Shown here in pieces: positions 43,262 through 52,997 of a DNA stretch of 64,000 nt (positions within the stretch are counted from its first letter, which is position 1; the number at the start of each line of letters is the position of its first letter). Source of the DNA: Candidatus Krumholzibacteriia bacterium (GTDB lineage Bacteria; Krumholzibacteriota; Krumholzibacteriia; WVZY01); the NCBI GenBank assembly GCA_046754105.1, contig JBHHVD010000002.1, forward strand, positions 1 to 64,000, in the 5' to 3' direction. The position numbers were made by a program, and so were the translations under genes. The notes beneath the pieces are model-generated. The model was given only the letters and a program-made list of their open reading frames with translations. It did no database searches and was not told the DNA's origin.

Positions 43262-45114
43262 TATCGTCTCAAGAACCAGCCCTCGATCTCTTCTATCGAT
43301 ATTCTCTGGATGGTTGGGCGCCCGTGGGGGCAGGAGTACGGATTGGCAACGGCGAAGAGCTGGTCGGCCAGCATCTTCATCTCTTCGGTGGCCAGCTGCT
43401 GTCCGGCTTTGACCGCGCTGCGGCACGCGAAACTTGCAATGATCCGATCCGCGTGCGAGTTCCCCGGGACGCGGTCCTCGGCGATGTCGTCAAAGATCTG
43501 CAGCAGGAGCTTGCCCTCCTCCCAGTTCTTCAACCCCTGGGGAGTGCCTCGAACGAGAATACTCTTACCACCGAAGGGCTCCAGGTGAAACCCGAGCTTG
43601 CGGAATACCTCACCCGAAGATCGAAACACCTCGAGCTCACCGATGGACAGTTCCAGGTGTATCGGGAACAACATCTGTTGTGACAGGGGAATCTCGCTTT
43701 CGAAACGGTTCTTGCTCGTGTCAAAAATGATGCGTTCGTGTGCGGCGTGCTGGTCGATGACCACGATACCGCCGCGTACCTGGATGAATATGTACGCGTT
43801 GTTGAACTGCCAGAAGAGCGCGTCGTCTCCGCCCACTTCTTCCTTCAGCTCCTCGACGGCCGCCGGCTCCGGCGGGGCTTTTCGAGCGACGTTCTTCAAA
43901 GACAGTTGCGGATTGAATGCCTTGCGCGAGGCACTGCCCTCCATGTATGAGGCGTAGGCGTCCTTGATTCGAGAGCGATACCGGTCAGCCGGCACGCCAG
44001 GCGCCATCGCACCCTTTCTCTCACCGGACTCCGTCCCGGTGGACGCAAGACCTGCCGGGCCGAACGGGGATGGGGCCGGCGTCACCGGCGGAGTGCCGAT
44101 CCGGTCGTAGCGCACGCGCAGCGTCGATTCGGAATGGGCCGACAACGCCTGTTTGAGCGCCCGCTGCACCAGCTCAAAGACGCCGCGCTCGTTTCGAAGC
44201 CGAACCTCCAGCTTGTTCGGATGGACGTTCACATCCACTTGCTCGCACGGCACCTCGAGAGAGAGCACGATGACGGGAAAGCGTTTGTACGGGATCACGC
44301 TGCGGTAGGCCAACTGCACCGCCTGCTGGATGGTTTTTTCACGCACGAGCCGGCGGTTGACGTAGATGAACTGCTGGTTGCGATTGGCGCGAGTGTGTGC
44401 CGGTAGACTGGTGAATCCCTTCAAACGCAGCGGATCGACACCGGCGTCCAGATCCACGATGTGTTTCATCACGTCACCGCTGAGAATGGCGGCTACGCGG
44501 TCACGCCACGACGGCGCCGGAATCAGATCCAGTTCGCTCCGCCCGTCGACGGCATAATGAAACTCCAGGTCCGGGAAAATGAGGGCGAAAGCGAGCACCG
44601 TCTCAAGCATTCTGCGCCGTTCGGTCGTGCCCGATTTCAGAAACTTCCTGCGTGCCGGTGTGTTGAAGAACAGTTCCCGCACCCGAACCGTGGTGCCGCG
44701 CTCGCGCGGCGCCGGCGAGCCCGACACTTCGCCGCCGCAGGCGAAACGCCACCCCTCCCCACCCGCGGTGTCCGCGGAGACAATCTCGAAACGGGACACC
44801 GCCGAGATACTCGCCAGTGCCTCTCCCCGGAAACCGAACGTCGCGATGCGGTCGAGGTCCCCCGAGTGCGCGATCTTGCTCGTCGAGAAACTACGCGCCG
44901 CGAGCTCCACGTCATCCGCCGCCATGCCGTGCCCGTCGTCTCTGACCTCGATCAAGCCGACACCGGCCCCCTCGACGCGGATCGATATCACGCCCGCGCC
45001 CGAATCGATCGCGTTCTCGATCAGTTCCTTGACAACGGACGCCGGCCGTTCCACGACCTCTCCCGCGGCGATCTGCCGCGCCACATCTTCTGGCAGGACC
45101 TTGATTTTCGCCAT
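43261..45114 (-). CDS. mutL: DNA mismatch repair protein MutL
   Basis: IAAGEVVERP, GFRGEAL, DVNVHP, endonuclease motif DQHAAHER, CPHGRP. Confidence 0.97.
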   Translation of the reverse strand: MAKIKVLPEDVARQIAAGEVVERPASVVKELIENAIDSGAGVISIRVEGAGVGLIEVRDDGHGMAADDVELAARSFSTSKIAHSGDLDRIATFGFRGEALASISAVSRFEIVSADTAGGEGWRFACGGEVSGSPAPRERGTTVRVRELFFNTPARRKFLKSGTTERRRMLETVLAFALIFPDLEFHYAVDGRSELDLIPAPSWRDRVAAILSGDVMKHIVDLDAGVDPLRLKGFTSLPAHTRANRNQQFIYVNRRLVREKTIQQAVQLAYRSVIPYKRFPVIVLSLEVPCEQVDVNVHPNKLEVRLRNERGVFELVQRALKQALSAHSESTLRVRYDRIGTPPVTPAPSPFGPAGLASTGTESGERKGAMAPGVPADRYRSRIKDAYASYMEGSASRKAFNPQLSLKNVARKAPPEPAAVEELKEEVGGDDALFWQFNNAYIFIQVRGGIVVIDQHAAHERIIFDTSKNRFESEIPLSQQMLFPIHLELSIGELEVFRSSGEVFRKLGFHLEPFGGKSILVRGTPQGLKNWEEGKLLLQIFDDIAEDRVPGNSHADRIIASFACRSAVKAGQQLATEEMKMLADQLFAVANPYSCPHGRPTIQRISIEEIEGWFLRR

Positions 45115-45225
45115 TCTTCTCCCCTTCTTCCTCAAGAACCGGGGACAACATAGCACGGACCCGAAGCCGCTGGCAATCAAAGCATGCCCCGCGGGGCGCC
45201 TGGCAACGCTGTTTTCTGTTGAAAA

Positions 45226-47526
45226 CTATTCCTGGCTGGGAACCTGCAGGTCCTTCTCCGCCTCGGCCAAAAGCTCGGCGGCCGTGCGGGAGGCTCCCGG
45301 GTAGACGGCGGAGCCGACGAGGATGTCGTTCTTGCCAACCTTGAGGTCCTCGACACCGGAGAGGTCCTTCATGAGGTAGAGCACAACCCGAGACAAGAGA
45401 AACCGGATGCGGCGCCCGCCCTCCAGGGACAGCATGGCGTACGTCGCTCGATCTACCCACGCCCCATAGTCCGTCTCTCGGGTGCGCGTGCGAATGCCCT
45501 GGGTGATCTCGTCGACCAGCCCGAAAGCTGCTTTGTAATCGTCATCGAACAACTCATCCAGTGGGTTGATTCGGAAGAGGATCAACGCGAACGAGTGGTG
45601 GTAGCGGTCGGATCGGGATATCTCGCTCACGCACACCTTCTGGAACCGTGTCAGATTGCTCTCCAGCACCGTCTCGTAGGCGTCGGGCTCGGCGTCGGCG
45701 GCACCCGGCGACGTTTGCTGGATGGTGTCGAGTACCGGCAAAATCAGACGGGCGAGGTTTTCGAGGATATTGCGATCGAGGTCGGAGAAAACGACGTCCT
45801 CCATGGGGTCGCCGGGCTGCTTGCCGTACGCGATGATTCCCCCGTGAAACGCCTCCTTGCCCGCGATCGGCGAGGCCAGCAGCGACGCGCACCCGCCGCC
45901 ATCCTCGCGCACCTCGGCGTCGAAGTCCAGGAGGGCCAGTGTGAAGGCCTTGCCGGTTTCTACGAGACGCTCGAACCGTTTGCTGTCCTCATCGGCCCAG
46001 GCGGCATCCGGCTCACCGGGCGGCTCCAGGAGGCTCACGTGGTAGGCAAGGTCGTCCGCGGACGGTCGCAGCCTCACCGAAACCTGCCGGCATTCGAGCA
46101 CGTCGGCCACGACACGCCCGAGCACATCGGCCAGTTCGTCGACCGTCCGGCACCCGAGGAGGGTCGCCGCCGCGTCGGACACTTTGGAGAAGGCGTCCAG
46201 CTCCCTTTTCAGTTTGCGTTCGCGCATTTCGGAGAACATAAATCGCGCGAGCTCGAGCTCGATCGCCTCGCGAATGATGAGAAACTCATCGAGGCGGTAG
46301 CGTTCCTTGAATTCGAGGACGAGAACCCCGCCGCTGTCGTCCACGCCGAGATGGCAGTACACGCTAGAGGACAGCGCCTCGAGGGCGTCCGCCGTCGGAT
46401 CGGCGCTTTCCGTGAGAACGATACACCGTCGTTCCAGGAAGGCGCGGCTCAATGTGCCTTTTTGAAACCGCAGCCTCTCGCTTCGTGGCGTAAGCAGCCG
46501 GTTGGACCCACCGAGGATGAACCAGTCACCCTCCGCTGTGTGCATGAACACCTCGACGGTTTCGGCGCCCAGCAGCTCGGAGAGATACCGGCACACGATC
46601 GAGAACTTCTCCACCGTCGAAACCGGTTTTACCGCGACTTCGCCCATTGTAGAACGAATCTTGGCCTCCCGGTGCCGCATTTGCGTTTCCTGGAGCTTCA
46701 GCGATTCGAATAAGACCCTCGACAGGCGCCGTGACAGTTCCTTCAAACGCGTCAGGTCGTGCTCGTCGTGCACGTGTCCCTTTTTGCCCGACGACACGTT
46801 GACCACGCCAAGCAGGCGGCCCTCCCACATCAGCGGCACCGATATGGCGGATGCGATGTCGAGACGTTCACGGTCGCGTGCGTACAACGACCTGTCGGAT
46901 GTCGTGGTCAGAAGCTGGGCCTCCTTGCGAAGGGCAACGGCACCGGCGACCCCCTCGCCGAGCTTTTGCCGCGTGTTCTTGACGATGCGCTCGCTGAGGC
47001 CCGTGGCGTAGGCGATGTAGAGCTCCTTCGCTTCCGTCGAGTAGAGCATCACCGAACCGGCGCTCGAGGACGTCGCGCGCACCGCGACCTCCAGCAGGAA
47101 CTTGAGGAGCTGCTTGCGGTCGAGTAGCTTTTCAAGCGCCTGCAACGTGTCCTCAACCGTGTACGGCGTGTCGATGTCTCTCGCCTCCGGCGGGGCCGGG
47201 GGCGTGCTGGCGCACAGCGAAGTGGTGGCTGCGCTCGGAGTCAGCACCTTCGCCCCGCTGCCCGTCAGGGCGGTGAGCTCCTCGCTGAAACGTGCCCGGG
47301 GCTCGGAGACCACGACGTGGTCGATCTTGCGAAGGTCCTTCAACTGGTCGGGTTTGTGGAACCGCGGCAGCCCGAGGATCTCCGCAATCTCCAACCCGAC
47401 GGCCCCTTCATGGGTATCGTAGACGAAGGCCACCTCGACGTCGGGCTGGCGATGCAGCTCGCTGAGCACGGCGAGGTCACGCTCTTGCGCGCCGAGGATC
47501 CCACATCTTAGTCTCCGCTTGTGCAT
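45226..47526 (-). CDS. Rossmann-like N-terminal + multi-GAF + degenerate GGDEF signalling protein
   Basis: GEGVAGAV, SAISVPL...LGVVNV GAF; EISRSDRY...FALILF; RETD-N5-DRATY degenerate GGDEF. Confidence 0.78.
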   Translation of the reverse strand: MHKRRLRCGILGAQERDLAVLSELHRQPDVEVAFVYDTHEGAVGLEIAEILGLPRFHKPDQLKDLRKIDHVVVSEPRARFSEELTALTGSGAKVLTPSAATTSLCASTPPAPPEARDIDTPYTVEDTLQALEKLLDRKQLLKFLLEVAVRATSSSAGSVMLYSTEAKELYIAYATGLSERIVKNTRQKLGEGVAGAVALRKEAQLLTTTSDRSLYARDRERLDIASAISVPLMWEGRLLGVVNVSSGKKGHVHDEHDLTRLKELSRRLSRVLFESLKLQETQMRHREAKIRSTMGEVAVKPVSTVEKFSIVCRYLSELLGAETVEVFMHTAEGDWFILGGSNRLLTPRSERLRFQKGTLSRAFLERRCIVLTESADPTADALEALSSSVYCHLGVDDSGGVLVLEFKERYRLDEFLIIREAIELELARFMFSEMRERKLKRELDAFSKVSDAAATLLGCRTVDELADVLGRVVADVLECRQVSVRLRPSADDLAYHVSLLEPPGEPDAAWADEDSKRFERLVETGKAFTLALLDFDAEVREDGGGCASLLASPIAGKEAFHGGIIAYGKQPGDPMEDVVFSDLDRNILENLARLILPVLDTIQQTSPGAADAEPDAYETVLESNLTRFQKVCVSEISRSDRYHHSFALILFRINPLDELFDDDYKAAFGLVDEITQGIRTRTRETDYGAWVDRATYAMLSLEGGRRIRFLLSRVVLYLMKDLSGVEDLKVGKNDILVGSAVYPGASRTAAELLAEAEKDLQVPSQE

Positions 47527-47601
47527 AGGGTTACATGATCCTGCTGATGTAATACTCGAAATACGGCGTTTCCGCCGGGTATACGGACCGCTTCCATTAG
47601 A

Positions 47602-47617
47602 TGCAAATCCCAGACCA
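47602..47617 (-). promoter_or_regulatory. sigma-54 -24/-12 promoter
   Basis: Minus strand TGGTCTGGGATTTGCA = GG-N10-GC, about 75 nt upstream of the ATG at 47526. Confidence 0.55.
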
Positions 47618-47671
47618 TACGGCGGATTATCGCGAGATCGGGGTGGCGGGCCGTGCGGCCGGCGTTGCGGA

Positions 47672-50299
47672 TCAGCGAGGTGGAGCCAGGGAGTCCTTGA
47701 GACCCTGCAAGAACTTCATGGCGTCCAGGGGGGTGGAACCATCGATGTCAAAATCGCGAATACGGCCCGCCAGGTCATCGGAGGGTACTCCGGTGGCGGG
47801 CGGCCGCGCGTTCGACGGCGCTCCGAACAGCGGTATCTGGCCCTGGTGACGCGCGTCATGCGACAACCCCTGCCGCAGCAGGTCCCGCCGCAGTTCGAGC
47901 GAGTGCAGGATTTCCTCCGCACGCTTGAGCACCGCCGCCGGCAACCCGGCAACCCGTGCCGCGTGGATTCCGTAGCTCCGGTCGCTGGTACCGGTGACGA
48001 TCTTGCGCAGAAACATGATGCCGCCCTCCCATTCCCGAATCGAGATCTTGAGATTGACCAGGCGCGGGTAGGTTCGGCGAAGTTGCGTCAACTCGTGGAA
48101 GTGGGTTGCAAAGAGCGTCTTGGGCCTCGCCTTGAAACCCTGCAGCAGGTACTCGGTGACGGCCCACGCAATGCTGAGCCCGTCGTAGGTGCTTGTGCCC
48201 CTGCCCACCTCGTCCAGCAGCACCAGACTGCGGTCCGTCATATTGTCGAGAATGTAAGAGGTCTCCTTCATCTCGACGAGAAAGGTCGATTCCCCCCGGC
48301 TCAGACGCTCACCCGCTCCCACTCTCGTGAAGATCTGGTCGACCAGGCCGATTCGCGCGCGTTGCGCAGGGACAAACGAGCCTGCCTGCGCCAATAACAC
48401 GTTCAGCGCCACCTGGCGCAGAAACGTGCTCTTGCCGGACATGTTGGGCCCGGTGATCAGCGCGAACTGCCTGCGGTCCACATCGAGGTGGAGATCGTTG
48501 GGGACAAATGGCTCCTTGCCGACGTCCTCCAGAACCGGGTGGCGGCTGGCAACCAGTTCGATGACTTTCGATCCGTCGACCACCGGACGCCGCAGCGCGT
48601 GTCGTCGTGCCGCCGCCGCAATGGATTGAGCAACATCGATGCGCGCCACGGCGAGCGACGTTCTCAGCAGCGACGGCAGCGCGCCGGCAACCCGGGCACA
48701 CAATTTCGAATAGTTCTCCTGCTCGCAGGCGATGCGTTTCTCTTCGCTCGCCAGGATCAGTTCCTCCCTGTCCTTGAGTTGCCGCGTGAAGTACCGCTCG
48801 GCGTTGACGAGCGTTTGCTTGCCGACGTAATCTTCCGGGACCGATTTGGCGTGCGCCTTGGACACCTCTATGAAATAGCCGAAGACTTTGTTGTACCCCA
48901 CCTTCAACGTCGGGATCCCCGTACGTTGCCTCTCGCGTCGTTCGAGGTTTGCAATCCACACTTTCGCCGATTCACTGTCCTCGATCAGCGCGTCGAGGTC
49001 GGCGCTGAATCCTTTGCGAATGACACCACCGTCGCGCAGGTGCCCCGGCGGGTCCTCGACAATTGCCCTGCCAATCTCCCCGGCCAGCTCCTCGTGGTCA
49101 CCGATGTCGCCGCCGTCCCGCCTCAACAGCACCGACTTCCTCCCCACCACCGCCTCTTTCAATTCCGGGAGTCTCTCGAGCGATTCGCGCAAACTGTGAA
49201 ATTCCCGCGGCACGGCCTTGCGCGAGGCGATACGTGTGGCGATGCGGGGCATATCCTGTATGCCCTTGAGAACTGAGGAGAGAGTTTCTTGCAGGGAGGT
49301 GTCACCGTACACCTCTGAAACGGCATCCAGCCTCTCATCGATACTCTCCACGTCGCAAAGTGGTCTCTGGAGACGGGACCGCAATTCCCTTGCCCCCATC
49401 GGCGTCGCGGTGCGGTCGACCAACCGTATGAGGGTGGCCTTGGCGTCCCCGCCGTAGAGCGGCTTGAAGATCTCCAGGTTGCGGATGGTTTCATCGTCCA
49501 GCGCCAGGAAATTCGTTGCGGCGAGTTGCCTCGCCTCCACGACCTGCGGCAGCGATCCGCCTTTGAGGGTGCGGCAGTGCGCGAGCAGCGCGCCCGAAGC
49601 GGTGCGGGCGAGTGGAAGCTGCTCGAGCGCCTCCACGTCTCCACGGCCGGCGAACTGCCCCTGCAACACAGCGGCTACAGAGTCGTCGTCAAAGAGCTCC
49701 GGTTCAACCTCCGTCGCGAACGGTTGCCCGATGACGTCCAGCAACGGCGCGAGCATATTCGGCGGGGTGCCTTTGCGGTACAGCACCTCCCGGATGTGCT
49801 TTCCCTGCAGGAGACGCTGCACGTGGAGGGCGTCTTCTTCGCCAAAGAAGAAATCTCCGGTGCTGACATCCACCAGCGAGATACCCGCCCGCGGGCCGTC
49901 GACCAGGACCAGAAGACAGTAGTTGTGTTCCTTCGCTTCGAGAAGCTTGCCGCTGAGCGACGTCCCCGGTGTCAACACTTCCACCACTTCGCGGCGTACC
50001 AACCCCTTCGCCTGTGCGGCGTCTTCGACCTGCTCGCAAATGGCGACGCTTCTCCCCGCCGAAAGCAGGCGTGTGATGTAGTTCTCCGCCGAATGAAACG
50101 GCACACCGGCAAGAGGCACCGGATTGGGCTTGTTCTTGTCTCGGGTGGTCAGAGCGATGTTGAGAATACGCGATATGTCAACTGCATCTTCGTAAAACGT
50201 TTCGTAGAAATCCCCAACACGGAACAGCAACACGCAATCGCCGTACTCGGATTTGATATCTCTATACTGCGCCATGAGTGGCGAGGAATTATTTATCAT
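47672..50299 (-). CDS. mutS: DNA mismatch repair protein MutS
   Basis: PLMAQY, GDFYE, GPNMSGKS, STFLVEM, DEVGRGT, FATHFHEL. Confidence 0.97.
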   Translation of the reverse strand: MINNSSPLMAQYRDIKSEYGDCVLLFRVGDFYETFYEDAVDISRILNIALTTRDKNKPNPVPLAGVPFHSAENYITRLLSAGRSVAICEQVEDAAQAKGLVRREVVEVLTPGTSLSGKLLEAKEHNYCLLVLVDGPRAGISLVDVSTGDFFFGEEDALHVQRLLQGKHIREVLYRKGTPPNMLAPLLDVIGQPFATEVEPELFDDDSVAAVLQGQFAGRGDVEALEQLPLARTASGALLAHCRTLKGGSLPQVVEARQLAATNFLALDDETIRNLEIFKPLYGGDAKATLIRLVDRTATPMGARELRSRLQRPLCDVESIDERLDAVSEVYGDTSLQETLSSVLKGIQDMPRIATRIASRKAVPREFHSLRESLERLPELKEAVVGRKSVLLRRDGGDIGDHEELAGEIGRAIVEDPPGHLRDGGVIRKGFSADLDALIEDSESAKVWIANLERRERQRTGIPTLKVGYNKVFGYFIEVSKAHAKSVPEDYVGKQTLVNAERYFTRQLKDREELILASEEKRIACEQENYSKLCARVAGALPSLLRTSLAVARIDVAQSIAAAARRHALRRPVVDGSKVIELVASRHPVLEDVGKEPFVPNDLHLDVDRRQFALITGPNMSGKSTFLRQVALNVLLAQAGSFVPAQRARIGLVDQIFTRVGAGERLSRGESTFLVEMKETSYILDNMTDRSLVLLDEVGRGTSTYDGLSIAWAVTEYLLQGFKARPKTLFATHFHELTQLRRTYPRLVNLKISIREWEGGIMFLRKIVTGTSDRSYGIHAARVAGLPAAVLKRAEEILHSLELRRDLLRQGLSHDARHQGQIPLFGAPSNARPPATGVPSDDLAGRIRDFDIDGSTPLDAMKFLQGLKDSLAPPR

Positions 50300-50300
50300 G

Positions 50301-51317
50301 TTATGGCAGGGGTAAGATAGATACCCGTTCATCAATCTTGGTGGCAATCTGTTCCGCTGTTCTCTCGGCGGCTTCTCGTGTCTCGAAATACCCGTACCGA
50401 ACCCGGTGGATCTCCCTGTTGTTTACCAGCCCGCTGTCGACGCGGATGCCCGGCAGGTCCCTCTTGAGGCTCGCCGCCAGTTTGATCGCGTTCGTTCGGT
50501 CATGAAACGCGCCGAACTGGATCGTATAGCCCGCCTTTGGGCGTGTGCGCCCCTCGTCGGCTGCCTTCTCCTGGGAGCGATCGTCGAAGTGCTCCGTCAT
50601 TCGCTCCAACTTCTGCCCGGCGAGCAGCGCCTCGGGCGTGTTCTTGAACTCCGCGATGACTTCTTCGAACGCCCTTCTGGCGTCTCGGCCGCTGCCCTGT
50701 TTTTCCAGGCACTCCGCGTACCGATACATCGCGGTCGGGCTGATCGCCGTGCGGGCGATCGCGCGGTACCTTCGGCATGCCTCCTCGACGTTGTGCGTGT
50801 TCATCTCGATATCGGCCAGGGATAGATAGGCCCACGGCCGGTACTTTCCGCGTCGCACGCGCTGCAGCGCGGTACGCGCCCTCGCGTAGCTCTTCGACAT
50901 CACCGCCGACATGCCCTGAAAAAAGCAGGCCTCCTCGGAAACGCCGCAGGCTTGTGATGATTCGAGGATCTCGAACGCCTTGCCGTAGTTCCCGAGTGCG
51001 TATTGAATCTTGGCGAGCTCGACCCGGGCCGCGGCAGCCCATTCGCCCCCCGTATGGAGGCGTATGACTTCCTGGTAGATGATTTCGGCTTCCGACGCCG
51101 AACTCTTGAGACCGGCCAGCAGATACAGCGCTTCCTGCCGGCGCTCGCCGGAGAGCGTCTTCGCGATGTCCACCAGCTTGCTTTCCGCCAGGTCATAGCG
51201 CAGGCGCGTGATATCCCGTCTCGCGCTCTGGATACTCGCCGCTACCGCGGAATCGGCGAACCAGGCCGGCACGAGGACGTGCGCGGCGCACAGCGCTACA
51301 ATGACTCTACGTTTCAT
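50301..51317 (-). CDS. secreted TPR protein with C-terminal SPOR domain
   Basis: Signal peptide, TPRs, YTIQFGAF...HRVRYGYF. Confidence 0.83.
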   Translation of the reverse strand: MKRRVIVALCAAHVLVPAWFADSAVAASIQSARRDITRLRYDLAESKLVDIAKTLSGERRQEALYLLAGLKSSASEAEIIYQEVIRLHTGGEWAAAARVELAKIQYALGNYGKAFEILESSQACGVSEEACFFQGMSAVMSKSYARARTALQRVRRGKYRPWAYLSLADIEMNTHNVEEACRRYRAIARTAISPTAMYRYAECLEKQGSGRDARRAFEEVIAEFKNTPEALLAGQKLERMTEHFDDRSQEKAADEGRTRPKAGYTIQFGAFHDRTNAIKLAASLKRDLPGIRVDSGLVNNREIHRVRYGYFETREAAERTAEQIATKIDERVSILPLP

Positions 51318-52458
51318 TGTTGGAGGAGAAAGAATCGAAGCTGTTGCAGTTCGGGCAATGCCAGCGCATGGTAGCGGATTGATACTCGCACCGGTTGCAG
51401 GAGTACTGGCGCGCGTGCGATACCTCTCGTATCGACTTGTCCAGAAAGCCCTCGACGGTCTCGGCGTCACGAAGCCGGCTGTAGAACGACGTCAACATCA
51501 GGGAGGCGCGTATCGATTGTGGGCGCGCCGCGACGTAGCTCTCCAGCAGCTCGATGGCCTCCTCCCCCCTTCCCTGCTTCTTGTAGAAACGCGCGAGCGC
51601 GAGATTCGCAGCTTCATCCTCGGCACGAGCCGACCTCACCTGGTCGTACACCTTCTCGATCTCGCTGAAGCGGCCTTCGTCGAACAACGTGCTTTCCAGC
51701 TTCGGCAAGACCGCGCCCGAGAGCTCCGGCGAGAGCACGGCGACACGTTTCCAGTGGTCGATGGCGTTGTCGAGATCGTTTGAGTCTCTTGCGAGATCGC
51801 CGAGGGCCAACAGGCAGGGCGCGCACTCCGGGTCGTGCTTGAGCGCGCGCTGCAGGAGCTTCCTCGCCTCGCGCGGCTCGTTCTTTTCCACCAGGGTCTC
51901 CGCCGCCGACGTCAGGAAAAGGGCCAACTCGCGCTCCCCCACACCGCCGAGTTTGCGAGCCTCTCTGAGCACTTCGTATGCCTTTTCATCATCACCGGTC
52001 TCCCGATGGCGCGCGGCGAGAGTGAGGAGGACGTCTGGCTCCTTGATACCGAGGTTTCGCACCGCGGCGTCGAGCACGCGTATCGATTTCTCCGGACTGC
52101 CCATCCGCGCGTAATCTGCGGCCAGGTTCAAGTACAACTCGACCTTTTCACTCTTCGAAAGGTCTGTCTTTACCGTCAGGCTTTGATGGATCTGTAACGC
52201 CTTCGAGACGTCACCACGGTCCCGCAGCAGTGAGCCCAGCTTGATATACGCGTCGGTGGGAGCGGTCCCGCCCTTCACCGATTCCTGCAGCCTCGCAAAC
52301 GCCGCCTCACTGTCACCGTCTACAAGCAGTTTCAGTGCGTCGATATACGGGTCATGGCGGGCGGGTCCGCGGCGTCTGCCGCGGTAGACAAAGAAGAGGG
52401 CGCCGAGCACGGCAATCACGGCCGCGGCGAGAAGATAAAGATAAACGGGTATGCCCAT
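51307..52458 (-). CDS. lapB: LPS assembly regulator LapB-like
   Basis: N-terminal TM, TPRs (ALQIHQSL), C-terminal rubredoxin CNRC...WHCPNC. Confidence 0.85.
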   Translation of the reverse strand: MGIPVYLYLLAAAVIAVLGALFFVYRGRRRGPARHDPYIDALKLLVDGDSEAAFARLQESVKGGTAPTDAYIKLGSLLRDRGDVSKALQIHQSLTVKTDLSKSEKVELYLNLAADYARMGSPEKSIRVLDAAVRNLGIKEPDVLLTLAARHRETGDDEKAYEVLREARKLGGVGERELALFLTSAAETLVEKNEPREARKLLQRALKHDPECAPCLLALGDLARDSNDLDNAIDHWKRVAVLSPELSGAVLPKLESTLFDEGRFSEIEKVYDQVRSARAEDEAANLALARFYKKQGRGEEAIELLESYVAARPQSIRASLMLTSFYSRLRDAETVEGFLDKSIREVSHARQYSCNRCEYQSATMRWHCPNCNSFDSFSSNNET

Positions 52459-52473
52459 AAGCGTACGGGGGCC

Positions 52474-52800
52474 CTACAGGCTCATCGTCGATTCTTCGCC
52501 GCCGCTGTCGCCTTCCTCCAGCGGCAGATTGCGCAGCGCGGCGAGCTCGCGCTCGAGCCTGTAGACCTCTCTCTGTTTTTGACTCACCGTGTGCCGCAAC
52601 TGAAATTCGCTGAAAATGAAGATGAGAAACGAGAAGACCATGCCGGCGGCAAATACGACGAGCAGCAGCAGGTTCAACGTCATCTGGGGAAACACCTTAG
52701 TGAAAAACGTGAAATCCACCCTCTGATCGGCATTGTTCATACCGATCCACAGAAATGCGATCACGCCGACAAGGATTATCACGCTACGAATCAGCCACAC
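52474..52800 (-). CDS. lapA: LapA family membrane protein
   Basis: Two TMs, coiled coil ELAALRNLPL; GTG start with AAGGAGG RBS; upstream of lapB. Confidence 0.82.
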   Translation of the reverse strand: MWLIRSVIILVGVIAFLWIGMNNADQRVDFTFFTKVFPQMTLNLLLLVVFAAGMVFSFLIFIFSEFQLRHTVSQKQREVYRLERELAALRNLPLEEGDSGGEESTMSL

Positions 52801-52829
52801 GTCCGTTGCCTCCTTCGCTTTCGGGCTAG

Positions 52830-52858
52830 ATCATGAGTCGTTTCGCCGTACCGGTCAA
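52830..52858 (-). promoter_or_regulatory. sigma-70 promoter for lapAB
   Basis: Minus strand TTGACC-N17-CATGAT. Confidence 0.45.
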
Positions 52859-52901
52859 TCAAAATTCGGGCCAACAGAAGACACCAACGCCCGGCGATCT
52901 C

Positions 52902-52993
52902 AAAAAAAAGCCGTCTCCACCGAAGCCGGGAGCGCACTGGGCACCCCCCATTGGGCTCGGATGGAGACAGCGGAAAAAAAGCCGGACTCGGCG
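52902..52993 (-). terminator. tandem intrinsic terminators after rpsA
   Basis: GCCG-AGTC-CGGC-T7, then long stem GCTGTCTCCATCCGAGCC/GGCTTCGGTGGAGACGGC-T8. Confidence 0.75.
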
Positions 52994-52997
52994 TCTA

